NCBI RefSeq assembly: GCF_009914755.1 | Contig: NC_060942.1 | Reading direction: 5' to 3' (one strand) | Source of the DNA: the human T2T-CHM13v2.0 reference genome, Homo sapiens | Length of the DNA: 64,000 nucleotides | Part shown: positions 25,201 through 37,483 of the stretch, piece after piece | Layout of the letters: every line of letters starts with the position of its first letter | Position numbering within the stretch: the first letter of the stretch is position 1 | Notes under the pieces: generated by a model | The model's database searches: none | What the model was told of the DNA's origin: nothing | The model's input: the letters and a program-made list of their open reading frames with translations, nothing else | Position numbers and translations under genes: made by a program

Positions 25201-28200
25201 TGGAAAGGGAAATATCTTCCCGTAACAACTAGGCAGAAGCATTCTCAGAAACTTATTTGAGATGTGTGTACTCAACTAAGAGAATTGAACCACCGTTTTG
25301 AAGGAGCAGTTTTGAAACACTCTTTTTCTGGAATCTGCAAGAGTATATTTGCCTAGCCTTGAGGATTTCGTTGGAAACGGGATTGTCTTCAGATAAAATC
25401 TAGACAGAAGCATTCTCAGAAACTTCTTTGGGATGTTTGCATTCAAGTCACAGAGTAGAACATTCCCTTTGGTAGAGCAGGTTTGAAACACTCTTTTTTT
25501 AGTATATGGAAGTGGACATTTGGAGCGCTTTCAGGCCTACGTTGGAAAAGGAAATATCTTCCCATAACAACTAGACAGAAGCATTCTCAGAAACTAGTTT
25601 CTGATGTGTGTCCTCAACTAACACAGTTGTACATTTCTTTAGACAGAACAGTTTTGAAACACTCTTTTTGTGGAATCTGCAAGTGGATATTGGGCTAGAT
25701 TTGAGGATTTCGTTGGAAACGGGATTACATATAAAAAGCAGTCAGCAGCATTCTCAGAAAGTTCTTTGTGATGATTGCATTCAAGTCACAGAATTGAACA
25801 TTCCCTTTCACAGAGCAGGTTTGAAACACTCTTTTTGTAGTGTGTGTAAGTGGACATTTGGAGTGCTTTCCGGCCTAAGGTGAAAAAGGACATATCTTCC
25901 CATAAAAACTAGACAGAAGCATTCTCAGAAACTTACTCGTGATGTGTGTCCTCAACTAAAGGAGTAGAACCTTTCTATTCATAGAGAAGTTTTGAAACGC
26001 TCTTTTTGTGGAATCTCCAAGTGGATATTTGGTTAGTTTTGAGGATTTCGTTGGAAGCGGGAATTCATACAACTTGCAGACTGCAGCGTTCTGAGAAACA
26101 TCTTTGTGATGTTTGTATTCAAGACACAGAGATGAACATTCCCTATCATAGAGCATGTTGGAATCACTCCTTTTGTAGTATCTGGAAGTGGACATTTGGA
26201 GCGCTTTCAGGCCTATGTTGAAAAAGGAAATATCTTCCCATAACAACTAGACACAAGCGTTCTCAGAAACTTGTTTGTGATGTGTGCCCTCTACTGACAG
26301 AGTTGAACCTTTCTTTTCATAGAGCAGTTTTGAAACACTCTTTTTGTAGAATCTGCAAGAGGATATTTGCATAGCTTTGAGGATTTCGTGGGAAACGGGA
26401 TTGTCTTCAGGTAAAATCTAGACAGAAGCATTCTCAGAAACTTCTTTGGGATGTTTGCATTCAAGTCACAGAGTAGAACATTCCCTTTGGTAGAGCAGGT
26501 TTGAAACACTCTTTTTGTAGTATCTGGAAGTGGACATTTGGAGCGCTTTCAGGCCCATGTTGGAAAGGGAAATATCTTCCCGTAACAACTAGGCAGAAGC
26601 ATTCTCAGAAACTTATTTGAGATGTGTGTACTCAACTAAGAGAATTGAACCACCGTTTTGAAGGAGCAGTTTTGAAACCCTCTTTTTCTGGAATCTGCAA
26701 GAGTATATTTGCCTAGCCTTGAGGATTTCGTTGGAAACGGGATTGTCTTCAGATAAAATCTAGACAGAAGCATTCTCAGAAACTTCTTTGGGATGTTTGC
26801 ATTCAAGTCACAGAGTAGAACATTCCCTTTGGTAGAGCAGGTTTGAAACACTCTTTTTTTAGTATATGGAAGTGGACATTTGGAGCGCTTTCAGGCCTAC
26901 GTTGGAAAAGGAAATATCTTCCCATAACAACTAGACAGAAGCATTCTCAGAAACTAGTTTCTGATGTGTGTCCTCAACTAACACAGTTGTACATTTCTTT
27001 ATACAGAACAGTTTTGAAACACTCTTTTTGTGGAATCTGCAAGTGGATATTGGGCTAGATTTGAGGATTTCGTTGGAAACGGGATTACATATAAAAAGCA
27101 GACAGCAGCATTCTCAGAAAGTTCTTTGTGATGATTGCATTCAAGTCACAGAATTGAACATTCCCTTTCACAGAGCAGGTTTGAAACACTCTTTTTGTAG
27201 TGTGTGTAAGTGGACATTTGGAGCGCTTTCCGGCCTAAGGTGAAAAAGGAAATATCTTCCCATAAAAACTAGACAGAAGCATTCTCAGAAACTTACTCGT
27301 GATGTGTGTCCTCAACTAAAGGAGTAGAACCTTTCTATTCATAGAGAAGTTTTGAAACGCTCTTTTTGTGGAATCTCCAAGTGGATATTTGGCTAGTTTT
27401 GAGGATTTCGTTGGAAGCGGGAATTCATCCAAATTGCAGACTGCAGCGTTCTGAGAAACATCTTTGTGATGTTTGTATTCAGGACACAGAGATGAACATT
27501 CCCTATCATAGAGCAGGTTGGAATCACTCCTTTTGTAGTATCTGGAAGTGGACATTTGGAGCGCTTTCAGGCCTATGTTGAAAAAGGAAATATCTTCCCA
27601 TAACAACTAGACACAAGCATTCTCAGAAACTTGTTTGTGATGTGTGCCCTCTACTGACAGAGTTGAACCTTTCTTTTCATAGAGCAGTTTTGAAACACTC
27701 TTTTTGTAGAATCCGCAAGAGGATATTTGCATAGCTTTGAGGATTTCGTGGGAAACGGGATTGTCTTCAGGTAAAATCTAGACAGAAGCATTCTCAGAAA
27801 CTTCTTTGGGATGTTTGCATTCAAGTCACAGAGTAGAACATTCCCTTTGGTACAGCAGGTTTGAAACACTCTTTTTGTAGTATCTGGAAGTGGACATTTG
27901 GAGCGCTTTCAGGCCCATGTTGGAAAGGGAAATATCTTCCCGTAACAACTAGGCAGAAGCATTCTCAGAAACTTATTTGAGATGTGTGTACTCAACTAAG
28001 AGAATTGAACCACCGTTTTGAAGGAGCAGTTTTGAAACACTCTTTTTCTGGAATCTGCAAGAGTATATTTGCCTAGCCTTGAGGATTTCGTTGGAAACGG
28101 GATTGTCTTCAGATAAAATCTAGACAGAAGCATTCTCAGAAACTTCTTTGGGATGTTTGCATTCAAGTCACAGAGTAGAACATTCCCTTTGGTAGAGCAG

Positions 28201-31200
28201 GTTTGAAACACCCTTTTTTTAGTATATGGAAGTGGACATTTTGAGCGCTTTCAGGCCTACGTTGGAAAAGGAAATATCTTCCCATAACAACTAGACAGAA
28301 GCATTCTCAGAAACTAGTTTCTGATGTGTGTCCTCAACTAACACAGTTGTACATTTCTTTAGACAGAACAGTTTTGAAACACTCTTTTTGTGGAATCTGC
28401 AAGTGGATATTGGGCTAGATTTGAGGATTTCGTTGGAAACGGGATTACATATAAAAAGCAGTCAGCAGCATTCTCAGAAAGTTCTTTGTGATGATTGCAT
28501 TCAAGTCACAGAATTGAACATTCCCTTTCACAGAGCAGGTTTGAAACACTCTTTTTGTAGTGTGTGTAAGTGGACATTTGGAGCGCTTTCCGGCCTAAGG
28601 TGAAAAAGGACATATCTTCCCATAAAAACTAGACAGAAGCATTCTCAGAAACTTACTCGTGATGTGTGTCCTCAACTAAAGGAGTAGAACCTTTCTATTC
28701 ATAGAGAAGTTTTGAAACGCTCTTTTTGTGGAATCTCCAAGTGGATATTTGGCTAGTGTTGAGGATTTCGTAGGAAGCGGGAATTCATACAAATTGCAGA
28801 CTGCAGCGTTCTGAGAAACATCTTTGTGATGTTTGTATTCAGGACACAGAGATGAACATTCCCTATCATAGAGCAGGTTGGAATCACTCCTTTTGTAGTA
28901 TCTGGAAGTGGACATTTGGAGCGCTTTCAGGCCTATGTTGAAAAAGGAAATATCTTCCCATAACAACTAGACACAAGCATTCTCAGAAACTTGTTTGTGA
29001 TGTGTGCCCTCTACTGACAGAGTAGAACCTTTCTTTTCATAGAGCAGTTTTGAAACACTCTTTTTGTAGAATCTGCAAGAGGATATTTGCATAGCTTTGA
29101 GGATTTCGTGGGAAACGGGATTGTCTTCAGGTAAAATCTAGACAGAAGCATTCTCAGAAACTTCTTTGGGATGTTTGCATTCAAGTCACAGAGTAGAACA
29201 TTCCCTTTGGTAGAGTAGGTTTGAAACACTCTTTTTGTAGTATCTGGAAGTGGACATTTGGAGCGCTTTCAGGCCCATGTTGGAAAGGGAAATATCCTCC
29301 CGTAACAACTAGGCAGAAGCATTCTCAGAAACTTATTTGAGATGTGTGTACTCAACTAAGAGAATTGAACCACCGTTTTGAAGGAGCAGTTTTGAAACAC
29401 TCTTTTTCTGGAATCTGCAAGAGTATATTTGCCTAGCCTTGAGGATTTCGTTGGAAACGGGATTGTCTTCAGATAAAATCTAGACAGAAGCATTCTCAGA
29501 AACTTCTTTGGGATGTTTGCATTCAAGTCACAGAGTAGAACATTCCCTTTGGTAGAGCAGGTTTGAAACACTCTTTTTCTAGTATATGGAAGTGGACATT
29601 TGGAGTGCTTTCAGGCCTACGTTGGAAAAGGAAATATCTTCCCATAACAACTAGACAGAAGCATTCTCAGAAACTAGTTTCTGATGTGTGTCCTCAACTA
29701 ACACAGTTGTACATTTCTTTAGACAGAATAGTTTTGAAACACTCTTTTTGTGGAATCTGCAAGTGGATATTTGGCTAGATTTGAGGATTTCGTTGGAAAC
29801 GGGATTACATATAAAAAGCAGTCAGCAGCATTCTCAGAAAGTTCTTTGTGATGATTGCATTCAAGTCACAGAATTGAACATTCCCTTTCACAGAGCAGGT
29901 TTGAAACACTCTTTTTGTAGTGTGTGTAAGTGGACATTTGGAGTGCTTTCCGGCCTAAGGTGAAAAAGGACATATCTTCCCATAAAAACTAGACAGAAGC
30001 ATTCTCAGAAACTTACTCGTGATGTGTGTCCTCAACTAAAGGAGTAGAACCTTTCTATTCATAGAGAAGTTTTGAAACGCTCTTTTTGTGGAATCTCCAA
30101 GTGGATATTTGGCTAGTTTTGAGGATTTCGTTGGAAGCGGGAATTCATACAAATTGCAGACTGCAGCGTTCTGAGAAACATCTTTGTGATGTTTGTATTC
30201 AAGACACAGAGATGAACATTCCCTATCATAGAGCATGTTGGAATCACTCCTTTTGTACTATCTGGAAGTGGACATTTGGAGCGCTTTCAGGCCTATGTTG
30301 AAAAAGGAAATATCTTCCCATAACAACTAGACACAAGCGTTCTCAGAAACTTGTTTGTGATGTGTGCCCTCTACTGACAGAGTTGAACCTTTCTTTTCAT
30401 AGAGCAGTTTTGAAACACTCTTTTTGTAGAATCCGCAAGAGGATATTTGCATAGCTTTGAGGATTTCGTGGGAAACGGGATTGTCTTCAGGTAAAATCTA
30501 GACAGAAGCATTCTCAGAAACTTCTTTGGGATGTTTGCATTCAAGTCACAGAGTAGAACATTCCCTTTGGTAGAGCAGGTTTGAAACACTCTTTTTGTAG
30601 TATCTGAAAGTGGACATTTGGAGCGCTTTCAGGCCCATGTTGGAAAGGGAAATATCTTCCCGTAACAACTAGGCAGAAGCATTCTCAGAAACTTATTTGA
30701 GATGTGTGTACTCAACTAAGAGAATTGAACCACCGTTTTGAAGGAGCAGTTTTGAAACACTCTTTTTCTGGAATCTGCAAGAGTATATTTGCCTAGCCTT
30801 GAGGATTTCGTTGGAAACGGGATTGTCTTCAGATAAAATCTAGACAGAAGCATTCTCAGAAACTTCTTTGGGATGTTTGCATTCAAGTCACAGAGTAGAA
30901 CATTCCCTTTGGTAGAGCAGGTTTGAAACACTCTTTTTTTAGTATATGGAAGTGGACATTTGGAGCGCTTTCAGGCCTACGTTGGAAAAGGAAATATCTT
31001 CCCATAACAACTAGACAGAAGCATTCTCAGAAACTAGTTTCTGATGTGTGTCCTCAACTAACACAGTTGTACATTTCTTTAGACAGAATAGTTTTGAAAC
31101 ACTCTTTTTGTGGAATCTGCAAGTGGATATTGGGCTAGATTTGAGGATTTCGTTGGAAACGGGATTACATATAAAAAGCAGTCAGCAGCATTCTCAGAAA

Positions 31201-34200
31201 GTTCTTTGTGATGATTGCATTCAAGTCACAGAATTGAACATTCCCTTTCACAGAGCAGGTTTGAAACACTCTTTTTGTAGGGTGTGTAAGTGGACATTTG
31301 GAGCGCTTTCCGGCCTAAGGTGAAAAAGGACATATCTTCCCATAAAAACTAGACAGAAGCATTCTCAGAAACTTACTCGTGATGTGTGCCCTCAACTAAA
31401 GGAGTAGAACCTTTCTATTCATAGAGAAGTTTTGAAACGCTCTTTTTGTGGAATCTCCAAGTGGATATTTGGCTAGTTTTGAGGATTTCGTTGGAAGCGG
31501 GTATTCATCCAAATTGCAGACTGCAGCGTTCTGAGAAACATCTTTGTGATGTTTGTATTCAGGACACAGAGATGAACATTCCCTATCATAGAGCAGGTTG
31601 GAATCACTCCTTTTGTAGAATCTGGAAGTGGACATTTGGAGCGCTTTCAGGCCTATGTTGAAAAAGGAAATATCTTCCCATAACAACTAGACACAAGCAT
31701 TCTCAGAAACTTGTTTGTGATGTGTGCCCTCTACTGACAGAGTTGAACCTTTCTTTTCATAGAGCAGTTTTGAAACACTCTTTTTGTAGAATCCGCAAGA
31801 GGATATTTGCATAGCTTTGAGGATTTCGTGGGAAACGGGATTGTCTTCAGGTAAAATGTAGACAGAAGCATTCTCAGAAACTTCTTTGGGATGTTTGCAT
31901 TCAAGTCACAGAGTAGAACATTCCCTTTGGTAGAGCAGGTTTGAAACACTCTTTTTGTAGTATCTGGAAGTGGACATTTGGAGCGCTTTCAGGCCCATGT
32001 TGGAAAGGGAAATATCTTCCCGTAACAACTAGGCAGAAGCATTCTCAGAAACTTATTTGAGATGTGTGTACTCAACTAAGAGAATTGAACCACCGTTTTG
32101 AAGGAGCAGTTTTGAAACACTCTTTTTCTGGAATCTGCAAGAGTATATTTGCCTAGCCTTGAGGATTTCGTTGGAAACGGGATTGTCTTCAGATAAAATC
32201 TAGACAGAAGCATTCTCAGAAACTTCTTTGGGATGTTTGCATTCAAGTCACAGAGTAGAACATTCCCTTTGGTAGAGCAGGTTTGAAACACCCTTTTTTT
32301 AGTATATGGAAGTGGACATTTGGAGCGCTTTCAGGCCTACGTTGGAAAAGGAAATATCTTCCCATAACAACTAGACAGAAGCATTCTCAGAAACTAGTTT
32401 CTGATGTGTGTCCTCAACTAACACAGTTGTACATTTCTTTAGACAGAACAGTTTTGAAACACTCTTTTTGTGGAATCTGCAAGTGGATATTGGGCTAGAT
32501 TTGAGGATTTCGTTGGAAACGGGATTACATATAAAAAGCAGTCAGCAGCATTCTCAGAAAGTTCTTTGTGATGATTGCATTCAAGTCACAGAATTGAACA
32601 TTCCCTTTCACAGAGCAGGTTTGAAACACTCTTTTTGTAGTGTGTGTAAGTGGACATTTGGAGTGCTTTCCGGCCTAAGGTGAAAAAGGACATATCTTCC
32701 CATAAAAACTAGACAGAAGCATTCTCAGAAACTTACTCGTGATGTGTGTCCTCAACTAAAGGAGTAGAACCTTTCTATTCATAGAGAAGTTTTGAAACGC
32801 TCTTTTTGTGGAATCTCCAAGTGGATATTTGGCTAGTTTTGAGGATTTCGTTGGAAGCGGGAATTCATACAAATTGCAGACTGCAGCGTTCTGAGAAACA
32901 TCTTTGTGATGTTTGTATTCAAGACACAGAGATGAACATTCCCTATCATAGAGCATGTTGGAATCACTCCTTTTGTACTATCTGGAAGTGGACATTTGGA
33001 GCGCTTTCAGGCCTATGTTGAAAAAGGAAATATCTTCCCATAACAACTAGACACAAGCGTTCTCAGAAACTTGTTTGTGATGTGTGCCCTCTACTGACAG
33101 AGTTGAACCTTTCTTTTCATAGAGCAGTTTTGAAACACTCTTTTTGTAGAATCCGCAAGAGGATATTTGCATAGCTTTGAGGATTTCGTGGGAAACGGGA
33201 TTGTCTTCAGGTAAAATCTAGACAGAAGCATTCTCAGAAACTTCTTTGGGATGTTTGCATTCAAGTCACAGAGTAGAACATTCCCTTTGGTAGAGCAGGT
33301 TTGAAACACTCTTTTTGTAGTATCTGAAAGTGGACATTTGGAGCGCTTTCAGGCCCATGTTGGAAAGGGAAATATCTTCCCGTAACAACTAGGCAGAAGC
33401 ATTCTCAGAAACTTATTTGAGATGTGTGTACTCAACTAAGAGAATTGAACCACCGTTTTGAAGGAGCAGTTTTGAAACACTCTTTTTCTGGAATCTGCAA
33501 GAGTATATTTGCCTAGCCTTGAGGATTTCGTTGGAAACGGGATTGTCTTCAGATAAAATCTAGACAGAAGCATTCTCAGAAACTTCTTTGGGATGTTTGC
33601 ATTCAAGTCACAGAGTAGAACATTCCCTTTGGTAGAGCAGGTTTGAAACACTCCTTTTTTAGTATATGGAAGTGGACATTTGGAGCGCTTTCAGGCCTAC
33701 GTTGGAAAAGGAAATATCTTCCCATAACAACTAGACAGAAGCATTCTCAGAAACTAGTTTCTGATGTGTGTCCTCAACTAACACAGTTGTACATTTCTTT
33801 ATACAGAATAGTTTTGAAACACTCTTTTTGTGGAATCTGCAAGTGGATATTGGGCTAGATTTGAGGATTTCGTTGGAAACGGGATTACATATAAAAAGCA
33901 GTCAGCAGCATTCTCAGAAAGTTCTTTGTGATGATTGCATTCAAGTCACAGAATTGAACATTCCCTTTCACAGAGGAGGTTTGAAACACTCTTTTTGTAG
34001 GGTGTGTAAGTGGACATTTGGAGCGCTTTCCGGCCTAAGGTGAAAAAGGACATATCTTCCCATAAAAACTAGACAGAAGCATTCTCAGAAACTTACTCGT
34101 GATGTGTGCCCTCAACTAAAGGAATAGAACCTTTCTATTCATAGAGAAGTTTTGAAACGCTCTTTTTGTGGAATCTCCAAGTGGATATTTGGCTAGTTAT

Positions 34201-35439
34201 GAGGATTTCGTTGGAAGCGGGAATTCATCCAAATTGCAGACTGCAGCATTCTGAGAAACATCTTTGTGATGTTTGTATTCAAGACACAGAGATGAACATT
34301 CCCTATCATAGAGCATGTTGGAATCAGTCCTTTTGTAGTATCTGGAAGTGGACATTTGGAGCGCTTTCAGGCCTATGTTGAAAAAGGAAATATCTTCCCA
34401 TAACAACTAGACACAAGCATTCTCAGAAACTTGTTTGTGATGTGTGCCCTCTACTGACAGAGTTGAACCTTTCTTTTCATAGAGCAGTTTTGAAACACTC
34501 TTTTTGTAGAATCCGCAAGAGGATATTTGCATAACTTTGAGGATTTCGTGGGAAACGGGATTGTCTTCAGGTAAAATCTAGACAGAAGCATTGTCAGAAA
34601 CTTCTTTGGGATGTTTGCATTCAAGTCACAGAGTAGAACATTCCCTTTGGTAGAGCAGGTTTGAAACACTCTTTTTGTAGTATCTGGAAGTGGACATTTG
34701 GAGCGCTTTCAGGCCCATGTTGGAAAGGGAAATATCTTCCTGTAACAACTAGGCAGAAGCATTCTCAGAAACTTATTTGAGATGTGTGGACTCAACTAAG
34801 AGAATTGAACCACAGTTTTGAAGGAGCAGTTTTGAAACACTCTTTTTCTGGAATCTGCAAGAGTATATTTGCCTAGCCTTGAGGATTTCGTTGGAAACGG
34901 GATTGTCTTCAGATAAAATCTAGACAGAAGCATTCTCAGAAACTTCTTTGGGATGTTTGCATTCAAGTCACAGAGTAGAACATTCCCTTTGGTAGAGCAG
35001 GTTTGAAACACTCTTTTTTTAGTATATGGAAGTGGACATTTGGAGCGCTTTCAGGCCTATGTTGGAAAAGGAAATATCTTCCCATAACAACTAGACAGAA
35101 GCATTCTCAGAAACTAGTTTCTGATGTGTGTCCTCAACTAACACAGTTGAACTTTTCTTTAGACAGAACAGTTTTGAAACACTCTTTTTGTGGAATCTGC
35201 AAGTGGATATTGGGCTAGATTTGAGGATTTCGTTGGAAACGGGATTACATATAAAAAGCAGACAGCAGCATTCTCAGAAAGTTCTTTGTGATGATTGCAT
35301 TCAAGTCACAGAATTGAACATTCCCTTTCACAGAGCAGGTATGAAACACTCTTTTTGTAGTGTGTGTAAGTGGACATTTGAAGCGCTTTCCGGCCTAAGG
35401 TGAAAAAGGAAATATCTTCCCATAAAAACTAGACAGAAG

Positions 35440-37483
35440 CATTCTCAGAAACTTACTCGTGATGTGTTTCCTCAACTAAAGGAGTAGAACCTTTCTATTC
35501 ATAGAGAAGTTTTGAAACGCTCTTTTTGTGGAATCTCCAAGTGGATATTTGGCTAGTTTTGAGGATTTCGTTGGAAGCGGGAATTCATCCAAATTGCAGA
35601 CTGCAGCGTTCTGAGAAACATCTTTGTGATGTTTGTATTCAGGACACAGAGATGAACATTCCCTATCATAGAGCAGGTTGGAATCACTCCTTTTGTAGTA
35701 TCTGGAAGTGGACATTTGGAGCGCTTTCAGGCCTATGTTGAAAAAGGAAATATCTTCCCATAACAACTAGACACAAGCATTCTCAGAAACTTGTTTGTGA
35801 TGTGTGCCCTCTACTGACAGAGTTGAACCTTTCTTTTCATAGAGGAGTTTTGAAACACTCTTTTTGTAGAGTCCGCAAGAGGATATTTGCATAGCTTTGA
35901 GGATTTCGTGGGAAACGGGATTGTCTTCAGGTAAAATCTAGACAGAAGCATTGTCAGAAACTTCTTTGGGATGTTTGCATTCAAGTCACAGAGTAGAACA
36001 TTCCCTTTGGTAGAGCAGGTTTGAAACACTCTTTTTGTAGTATCTGGAAGTGGACATTTGGAGCGCTTTCAGGCCCATGTTGGAAAGGGAAATATCTTCC
36101 CGTAACAACTAGGCAGAAGCATTCTCAGAAACTTATTTGAGATGTGTGGACTCAACTAAGAGAATTGAACCACAGTTTTGAAGGAGCAGTTTTGAAACAC
36201 TCTTTTTCTGGAATCTGCAAGAGTATATTTGCCTAGCCTTGAGGATTTCGTTGGAAACGGGATTGTCTTCAGATAAAATCTAGACAGAAGCATTCTCAGA
36301 AACTTATTTGGGATGTTTGCATTCAAGTCACAGAGTAGAACATTCCCTTTGGTAGAGCAGGTTTGAAACACTCTTTTTTTAGTATATGGAAGTGGACATT
36401 TGGAGCGCTTACAGGCCTATGTTGGAAAAGGAAATATCTTCCCATAACAACTAGACACAAGCATTCTCAGAAACTTGTTTGTGATGTGTGCCCTCTACTG
36501 ACAGAGTTGAACCTTTCTTTTCATAGAGCAGTTTTGAAACACTCTTTTTGTAGAATCCGCAAGAGGATATTTGCATAGCTTTGAGGATTTCGTGGGAAAC
36601 GGGATTGTCTTCAGGTAAAATCTAGACAGAAGCATTCTCAGAAACTTCTTTGGGATGTTTGCATTCAAGTCACAGAGTAGAACATTCCCTTTGGTAGAGC
36701 AGGTTTGAAACACTCTTTTTGTAGTATCTGGAAGTGGACATTTGGAGCGCTTTCAGGCCCATGTTGGAAAGGGAAATATCTTCCCGTAACAACTAGGCAG
36801 AAGCATTCTCAGAAACTTATTTGAGATGTGTGTACTCAACTAAGAGAATTGAACCACCGTTTTGAAGGAGCAGTTTTGAAACACTCTTTTTCTGGAATCT
36901 GCAAGAGTATATTTGCCTAGCCTTGAGGATTTCGTTGGAAACGGGATTGTCTTCAGATAAAATCTAGACAGAAGCATTCTCAGAAACTTCTTTGGGATGT
37001 TTGCATTCAAGTCACAGAGTAGAACATTCCCTTTGGTAGAGCAGGTTTGAAACACTCTTTTTTTAGTATATGGAAGTGGACATTTGGAGCGCTTTCAGGC
37101 CTACGTTGGAAAAGGAAATATCTTCCCATAACAACTAGACAGAAGCATTCTCAGAAACTAGTTTCTGATGTGTGTCCTCAACTAACACAGTTGTACATTT
37201 CTTTAGACAGAACAGTTTTGAAACACTCTTTTTGTGGAATCTGCAAGTGGATATTTGGCTAGATTTGAGTATTTCGTTGGAAACGGGATTACATATCAAA
37301 AGCAGTCAGCAGCATTCTCAGAAAGTTCTTTGTGATGATTGTATTCAAGTCACAGAATTGAACATTCCCTTTCACAGAGCAGGTTTGAAACACTCTTTTT
37401 GTAGTGTGTGTAAGTGGACATTTGGAGCGCTTTCCGGCCTAAGGTGAAAAAGGACATATCTTCCCATAAAAACTAGACAGAAG
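35440..37483 (+). repeat. 12-mer HOR structural variant (2044 bp): m1-m6 + m3-m8
   Basis: After m6 the sequence reads CTAGACACAAGCATTCTCAGAAACTTGTTTGTG (m3 start, 36462) instead of m7. The phase shifts by +684. Confidence 0.95.

Larger units (their letters stand above)
81..35439 (+). repeat. Run of 26 consecutive 8-mer HORs (one carries a 1-bp deletion)
   Basis: Constant 1360-bp phase, shifted by -1 after ~21507. Confidence 0.93.
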
